Assembly: GCF_000354175.2 (NCBI RefSeq)
Contig: NC_022349.1
Location: 480,001-512,000, forward strand
Direction: 5' to 3'
DNA: 32,000 nt
From: Vibrio alginolyticus NBRC 15630 = ATCC 17749
Lineage (GTDB): Bacteria > Pseudomonadota > Gammaproteobacteria > Enterobacterales > Vibrionaceae
Shown here: positions 27,301 to 32,000 of the stretch, one piece after another
Numbering within the stretch: the stretch's first letter is position 1
How the letters are laid out: the number at the start of each line of letters is the position of its first letter
Made by a program: the position numbers and the translations under genes
The notes under the pieces: generated by a model
What the model was told of the DNA's origin: nothing
Database searches by the model: none
What the model saw: the letters and a program-made list of their open reading frames with translations, nothing else

Positions 27301-30300
27301 TTGTGTATCTGGGTGTTGACATAAATGATGGAGATACTGTCAAAACTACGCTTGGTGATGCTGTTACTTATAACGGAGAGGCTGTCACTTGGTACGATAA
27401 CAATGATGGAAGCTTTGACGCAATTTCAGACACTGGAGACGTTGTATTTAGGGTCACGTTACCTAGTGACTTCTCTTTGCCATCAAATGATACGTCTACC
27501 GTTAATGTAACTGTAGAGCTTTATCACTCGCTTGACCATGTTTTAGGTGATGGGACGCAATTGTCGATCTCTATGCCCATCGTGGCGAGAGATTCTGATG
27601 GAAGCGAGATCTCTACGGAGTCCAACATACTGGTCTATGATGGCTTGTTTCCGGAACTAGTAATTACAGAGGGAATCACAGTCAATGAAAGCGGGTTGAA
27701 TGATGATTCGCTTGATTCTGGCATCGAGGGCTCGTCACCATCCATTACGCTATTACAAGGTTCAGACTCTATCGCCAGTGTGAGCGTGAATATCGATATG
27801 TTCAATGCGCTCGGCTATAAAACAAGTAGTGGTAGCCTGGTTTCGCTTGATTCACCGGACTCGAATGGTTGGTTATATGCAAGAGATGAAAGTGAGCAAG
27901 ACGTCTTTAGAATTAGATTTAATACCGATGGGACTGTCGAGTTTGATCTATACCGTGCACTTGAACACGATGAACCTGACGGTGTTCCAGCGGACGAGAA
28001 CACATTAGAACTCAGTTTTTCAATTTATGCCGTTGATAAGGATGGCGACCAGTCTGAAGCTGAGACATATACCGTAAGTGTAGTGGATGATATCCCCGAA
28101 GACACAAGCTCACCAATAGAAATTGAACTTACCGAGGGGGATGAGTTTTCGGGAAACTGGTTTAGCAATAATGCTGACTTAATCAGTTCAGATGGCACGT
28201 TGATTTCAAGTTTGACCTATGCAGGTGAAACATACGATACGGCGAGTTCGGTATTTAGCAATGATGCTTGGACCATCGATTTAATCAATAGTAGTGATGG
28301 TAACTTAAAATATGGAACGCTGACTATTGCTCAAGATGGGACATTTACGCTAACTACCGAGCTTATTGTTAATACGCCTGTAGGTGGTTTGCTTGATGAT
28401 CTAACGATAACTGTGACGGATGCAGACGGTGACCAAGCAAGCAGTGAAGCTCAATTAATTCTTGATGATGCTAGGGGCTTTATTCGAACTGTTAATGTAG
28501 ATACGTTAGAAGATAATGGCGCGAATAACAGTGGAGACCCCACGCCAGTCGCGTTACCGATTAGAGTTTCTCCTGGGGATACGGAGAATAATGAGCGTGT
28601 TGAAGCGATAAGGATCTCTGTTGAATCTCTACAAGGAGGGGCTCTGTTTTTAGACGGAGTGCGCCTTGAAGATGATGATAATGACGGATTTATTAGTCTT
28701 TCTGGTACAGAGCTAATGGGGGTGGGTATATTCACCGTTCCAAATGGTGATCTCACTTATCAACCAGCGCTAAACCTGTCGGGCAACACTATCAAAGTTT
28801 CGTTAGCAGTGTCTGCATTAATCGTATCTGATGTCGAACCAGATGGTTTTGTATTACAAGGCAATAACACGTTAAATGTTAACGTTTTACCGGTTGCAGA
28901 TTTGCCAGAGTGGTCTAATGATTCGGACTTTTCTTATCAAAGTGTTGAAGATTCCGCTGAATCACTTTCACTCAATATTGTCGCTGAAAAGTTTGACCAA
29001 GACGGTTCTGAAACGCTCCACTACCAAATTTCGAATATTCCAGATGGACTTATATTAACACTTAACGGAAGTGCTATTGAGGAAGGGAAAGCGTATAGCC
29101 AATCCGAGTTAGATCAAATTGAAATCACATCTAACGAAAACTTAGCCGGAAGATTTACTTTTGATGTAACGGCAGTAACGACTGAGTCGGGTAGTGTGTT
29201 TGCCGATGAGCAAGATAAAACAGCGGAGATCACTGAGCAAGTAGTTATCGATATATCTCCAGATGCCGATGTGCCTACGCTGACCGTTAAAAACATTCAG
29301 GGGCTTGAAGACCAAGCGATTGACTTAAAAGAGTACATCCTAGGGCGGCTCACTGACACAGATGGCTCGGAGTCTCTGTCTTATCGCATAGAAGTTCAAG
29401 ATGGTTGGACATTGCCTGTCGGAGCTGGGATCACGCTTATCGGTATTAATACCTACCTAGTGACCTCCAATGCTCTAGCCAATTCAGAGGCGTTACTTCA
29501 ACCAAAATCGGATATCAGCTCATTTACTGAATCTCTATCCCTTCAAGTAACCGCCATTTCAACAGAGTCGACTATTGATGGCTTAGCACCTCTTAATGAA
29601 ACCGCCGAGAGCCAATTTGCAACCATTGATATTAAGCTAAAAGGCGTGGTCGATGAACCAATTGTCCTAGATGGTGGACAGGGGAATTGGCAATATGATC
29701 AAGCGACTAAAGTAATTAGTAATCTCTCTACGTTAGACGAAGATAACCTGATACAACTGGATTTTATCATCCAGACATCAGACGACGATCTATCAGAAGA
29801 AATTAATATCTTGCTTCAGAACATCCCTTTGGGAACACAACTGACAGATGTAAATGGTGACCCTATTGTTCTTCCAATTGCTTACGTGGACCCAATAACG
29901 GGGCCAGTTTATCAGGTCTCGAACGCTGTTCTTGAAAACACTTACCTCAAAACAGAGCAAGATTTTAGTGGAACACTGAGCATGGATGTTATCGTCGTTT
30001 CAACAGAGCCGGATGGTGATTCTGCTGAAACCCCTCTTAAAGTGGAAATGGAAATATCACCTATTGTTGATCAAACTGACGGTCAAGAATTACAAAGCAA
30101 TGGTGTTGAGGACAATTTCATCACACTAAATCTTGAGCCTGTCGTTAATCAAGATATAGATTCTAGTGAGTCCTTGACAGGATACACCATTGTATCCATT
30201 CCAGATGGCTTAACACTTTACTTTGATGGTAATGCAGTAGAGGAAAGTAATTTACCGTTAGAACTCAATGAACTACTCGATGGTAGCTCGGCAACATTAT

Positions 30301-32000
30301 CTGAGTTGTTAAACAGTGGACGAATCACTGTAAAAGCTAATGAAGACCTAAGTGGGACATTTAGCCTGGAAGTTCAGTACGAAGTGACAGACACGTCTCC
30401 GACGATGGAGACTGATGTAAAGGCAATCAATGGCTCTTTGAGCGTCGTGGTTTCTGGCAAAGTGGATATTGGTAATGAAGATATTGACAAAACACGTTTA
30501 GAAGGCGCGACTGAAGTATTCACAAGTACGGATGGGTCTGCTGTTGACGTGAGTGGAGGCATTACATTTACAGAAGCGGATATTGATGGTTCAGAGTATC
30601 TCGATTACATCGTTTTACAGATACCGCAGGGTCAAGACCTCATTGTTACTCATCCGAACGGTGCTTCTCAAGATGCCGATGGGAACTGGCTGATTCCAAT
30701 GGAAGGAATCACAAGTGATAGCGTGTTGGAAACCGCTCAAGATTTGCTTGCTGGCGCATCGATTTATAGCCCATCTAATACAGAGATACTTGATGTGAAT
30801 GTGTTAGCGTATGTTCGAGATGGAACGGATGCTCAATACATCACAGGTCAGTTCCAAATTCAAATTACTGGCCATGAAGGAGATGGAGACCAGTGTGCTG
30901 ATCCTGGTGAACCAGGAAGCGTTCAAAGTGGGGATATTGTAGGTAAAGAAGGTGAAGATGTCTCAATTGGGGCGTTTTTAAACCCTGATGTAGCGAGTAG
31001 TGATGGTAACTTAGTTTCCTTCTTTGTCGCCGCAGATTCTTTACCTGAAGGAGTCGAGCTTACTGGCGAAGGTGTGATACCTGCTTATGATAATGCGGGC
31101 AATCTGTTAGGTTATTCAATTTCTAGCGCTGGATTGTCTTCCTTGACGCTTACTGGCGTGGATGAGGACTTTGCTGGTTGCATTACTTTCAATTTAGAAG
31201 TGACAGAAACGGCCCCATGCGATGGTGACTCGAAAACAACCGCTCAGACCATTACGGTACAAATCTCTCCTGTTGTCGATGATATCGCGATAGCACCAAG
31301 CCAAGTTACGGTTCAAGAAGATACTATAACCAACCTGAATCTTGCTCTTGTATTGGGCGATAGTGAAGGACCAATGCAGTCCATTACTGGAGAAGGTGAC
31401 GCAGCGACTGGCCTTGAAAGTGTCAATTGGGTTTCTTTATCGGTGTCTGACGAGAATGCGCGGTTTACGGCCGTGGACCCGAGCCTACTCATTGACAACG
31501 GTGATGGAACATGGGTAGTGACAGATGTTACGCGTCTAAACGAAATTCAGTTAATCCCACCTGAAAACTACAGTGGAGAGCTTGTTATTTCCGTTGACGC
31601 AAACATTACTGATGAAGTCACGGGAAGTTGTTTAAGTACTGACAGTGCGAAAGATACTCAAACTAAATCAACAGAAGTTACCGTTACCATTGCCCCAGTG
31701 GTTGATAAAGCGGTTCTGGAAACAGAAGACGTAGTTGGTGATGAAGATAATTATATTTATTTAGGAAACTTATCTGCATCATTAATCGATCAAGATGGTT
31801 CTGAGTCGATGTCTTTGGTCATGACAGGAGTGCCAGACGGAGCCGTGTTGGTTTGGGACAATAATGGGACGTTCGAATTACTCCCTGATAACGGTTCAAC
31901 GGATGGTGAGAGCAAGGAGTGGCAGCTAACTCAAGCACAACTTGATAAGGTTTACTTTCTACCGCCACTAGATTTTAGTGGGGATATTTCATTAACACTG
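22326..32000 (+). CDS. Giant repeat adhesin (T1SS/RTX-adhesin-like), main body, 3' end outside window
   Basis: Frame 0 is open from 22323 (first ATG at 22326) to the last base, about 3225 codons. It is not in the ORF track because it has no stop in the window. I checked about half of the frame codon by codon (22335-~24360 and copy 2 to ~26290); the rest I read by eye. Homology to the upstream fragment resumes at 22335. Content includes Ig-like repeats, cadherin/VCBS-like segments (DDTYSVAEDQTITGNLLENDIDLDG), T1SS-143-like segments (ITAFANGVTVFTLTLSG) and distal DxDGSE modules. Confidence 0.85.
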   Translation, partial: MGRLTVSASVNDVAGNQAKAMDEATTIDATAPTIDIDTDFYISGGLAIDDFREGIVTEMRGTTSGVEQGLAVTIRVSDGDSTLNFTGLVDASGSWTVTGIDVNTLNLNNTWTIEAEVLDAAGNHVVDTMPTIVLPGSTVFSENIVGFFGEQSSSAAINIENGVPALHAEQPSLSALTSVGQSINVVVAEDGLSLQGTSTDDRLVFSAEVNDDGTVQITFYEAIDHGVGQDELVTNVLVESIQSDADGTQEAVVAPLEIAILDADPVIENESYSVTEGQVISGNVLENDIDIDGDLYIRYVRAGGEIQSVPDGGSVSFSLEKGELTVFSDGSWQLNASRNLDHTVEQSLVFDYLAADDSKDYGVATATIDIIDGQAGYVGSATINAAEVPLGEALLTTEGSVNVIAGSDNPDPTSLYFGGASITKLEALGLTSSVSDNELSYTLSSSGKQITAFANGVTVFTLTLSGIESGNDVLASISLTLDHPIDQFNSSDTVTFPLTIGGTDLDSTPLVENEIDFVLKDGVDPTLSNLTVVAMEEINLESGAIFKTGSLQLDIGSDYVDSLRFSEFNQPTLVSSESELLYRLSDDGTTITGYILEGGVEVNIFQSKLLSTLPLESSSEIEYSFELYRSFDLSKDQILDIPLLVNATDSDGDTTSVTLDITLEAIEGLNDDASLTVDILDGGDGYENQFEVPSVTIQGDALKISDEWLVIITITDSLNNSITVTTTVENEAYTLSGVDLSSLAEGPLTVTSVVSDIYGNNLNAVDTTIKDTLATVNVNFDGGGDEYLNQYEIATTRLEGTIENIEDGQRIQVTVTDSLGAVINLETVVTGGSWSLDDVDLSGLSEGTLTVVAESIDIAGNPATSENTIIKDTLASVTADVDDGGDGYLNIEERQSVTLSGQVSDVENGQTVSVTVQDSLGVMLSFNAVVVDGMWQVEGANLSTLADGALTVSASVNDVAGNQAKAMDEATTIDATAPTIDIDTDFYISGGLAIDDFREGIVTEMRGTTSGVEQGLAVTIRVSDGDSTLNFTGLVDASGSWTVTGIDVNTLNLNNTWTIEAEVLDAAGNHVVDTMPTIVLPGSTVFSENIVGFFGEQSCSAAINIENGVPALHAEQPSLSALTSVGQSINVVVAEDGLSLQGTSTDDRLVFSAEVNDDGTVQITFYEAIDHGVGQDELVTNVLVESIQSDADGTQETVVAPLTITIYDSDPVIRDDTYSVAEDQTITGNLLENDIDLDGTLYVKFVEAGGEQKSILEGGSVSFSLEKGELTVFSDGSWQFDAGRNLDHSVEQSVSFSYLAADDSQDYGLANATIDISDGQAGYVGNATIDVTEVPLDGPILNSEGTVNIVAGSDNPDPSSLHFGGSSITKLEALGLTSSVSDNELSYTLSSSGKQITAFANGVTVFTLTLSGVESGNDVLASISLTLEHPIDQFNSSDTVTFPLTIGGVDLDATPLVENEIDYVLKDGADPTLNNLNGVEVKESDLANGGVLSSGNFQVEVGSDYLESLSFIVSEQPLLTSSEQVVLYQVSADGKTLDGYILDEDGQTQIPIFQAILNASLPIDANGDITYSFELFQALDQQENTDPNVPLVVTAMDSDQDNTSVVLDINVIDNDNGQALINSGNVELTETPVDTNIAPDGVSAIANTDVIVTSSFDPIVYLGVDINDGDTVKTTLGDAVTYNGEAVTWYDNNDGSFDAISDTGDVVFRVTLPSDFSLPSNDTSTVNVTVELYHSLDHVLGDGTQLSISMPIVARDSDGSEISTESNILVYDGLFPELVITEGITVNESGLNDDSLDSGIEGSSPSITLLQGSDSIASVSVNIDMFNALGYKTSSGSLVSLDSPDSNGWLYARDESEQDVFRIRFNTDGTVEFDLYRALEHDEPDGVPADENTLELSFSIYAVDKDGDQSEAETYTVSVVDDIPEDTSSPIEIELTEGDEFSGNWFSNNADLISSDGTLISSLTYAGETYDTASSVFSNDAWTIDLINSSDGNLKYGTLTIAQDGTFTLTTELIVNTPVGGLLDDLTITVTDADGDQASSEAQLILDDARGFIRTVNVDTLEDNGANNSGDPTPVALPIRVSPGDTENNERVEAIRISVESLQGGALFLDGVRLEDDDNDGFISLSGTELMGVGIFTVPNGDLTYQPALNLSGNTIKVSLAVSALIVSDVEPDGFVLQGNNTLNVNVLPVADLPEWSNDSDFSYQSVEDSAESLSLNIVAEKFDQDGSETLHYQISNIPDGLILTLNGSAIEEGKAYSQSELDQIEITSNENLAGRFTFDVTAVTTESGSVFADEQDKTAEITEQVVIDISPDADVPTLTVKNIQGLEDQAIDLKEYILGRLTDTDGSESLSYRIEVQDGWTLPVGAGITLIGINTYLVTSNALANSEALLQPKSDISSFTESLSLQVTAISTESTIDGLAPLNETAESQFATIDIKLKGVVDEPIVLDGGQGNWQYDQATKVISNLSTLDEDNLIQLDFIIQTSDDDLSEEINILLQNIPLGTQLTDVNGDPIVLPIAYVDPITGPVYQVSNAVLENTYLKTEQDFSGTLSMDVIVVSTEPDGDSAETPLKVEMEISPIVDQTDGQELQSNGVEDNFITLNLEPVVNQDIDSSESLTGYTIVSIPDGLTLYFDGNAVEESNLPLELNELLDGSSATLSELLNSGRITVKANEDLSGTFSLEVQYEVTDTSPTMETDVKAINGSLSVVVSGKVDIGNEDIDKTRLEGATEVFTSTDGSAVDVSGGITFTEADIDGSEYLDYIVLQIPQGQDLIVTHPNGASQDADGNWLIPMEGITSDSVLETAQDLLAGASIYSPSNTEILDVNVLAYVRDGTDAQYITGQFQIQITGHEGDGDQCADPGEPGSVQSGDIVGKEGEDVSIGAFLNPDVASSDGNLVSFFVAADSLPEGVELTGEGVIPAYDNAGNLLGYSISSAGLSSLTLTGVDEDFAGCITFNLEVTETAPCDGDSKTTAQTITVQISPVVDDIAIAPSQVTVQEDTITNLNLALVLGDSEGPMQSITGEGDAATGLESVNWVSLSVSDENARFTAVDPSLLIDNGDGTWVVTDVTRLNEIQLIPPENYSGELVISVDANITDEVTGSCLSTDSAKDTQTKSTEVTVTIAPVVDKAVLETEDVVGDEDNYIYLGNLSASLIDQDGSESMSLVMTGVPDGAVLVWDNNGTFELLPDNGSTDGESKEWQLTQAQLDKVYFLPPLDFSGDISLTL
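24338..27175 (+). repeat. Tandem duplication unit 2 (2838 bp = 946 codons)
   Basis: Same as unit 1. It is near-identical over 24360-25913, diverged over 25914-26426, highly similar again over ~26427-26670, and then strongly diverged. Confidence 0.9.

Overview
The window looks like a marine gammaproteobacterial chromosome segment. It resembles Vibrionaceae, but that is inferred from gene content only. It has four blocks.

(1) 1-2003: the 3' part of a CBS/DUF294-type nucleotidyltransferase gene. It is translationally coupled (TAATG) to a DnaQ-like DEDDh exonuclease gene.

(2) 2196-7912: a compatible-solute block. It holds a BCCT transporter followed by ectA-ectB-ectC-ask (ectoine synthesis plus a dedicated aspartokinase). 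A near-perfect CRP-type palindrome lies upstream of ectA.

(3) 7971-8585 and 8715-20948: an IS200-type element followed by an accessory sulfatase island. The IS has a solo Y1 tnpA, terminal hairpins and a leader that sequesters the start codon. It sits directly after the ect terminator. The island contains:
- two paralogous Cys-type sulfatases with an unusual C-T-A-G-R core;
- a third, frameshifted sulfatase (C-T-P-T-R);
- a radical-SAM/SPASM anaerobic sulfatase-maturating enzyme;
- a secreted octaheme (8 x CXXCH) cytochrome c fused to HEAT/TPR repeats;
- a heme-less secreted paralogue of that HEAT/TPR half;
- an FGE-fold lipoprotein that lacks the catalytic Cys pair;
- a HAD hydrolase with a signal peptide.
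This combination is my best candidate for an undescribed system.

(4) 21101 to beyond 32000: a giant, repeat-rich, T1SS-type adhesin gene that runs off the window. It carries an in-frame 2838-bp tandem duplication with mosaic identity. A 1-nt insertion in copy 1 splits the reading frame.

No rRNA, tRNA or CRISPR array was seen. All domain calls rest on motifs read by eye, not on database searches.
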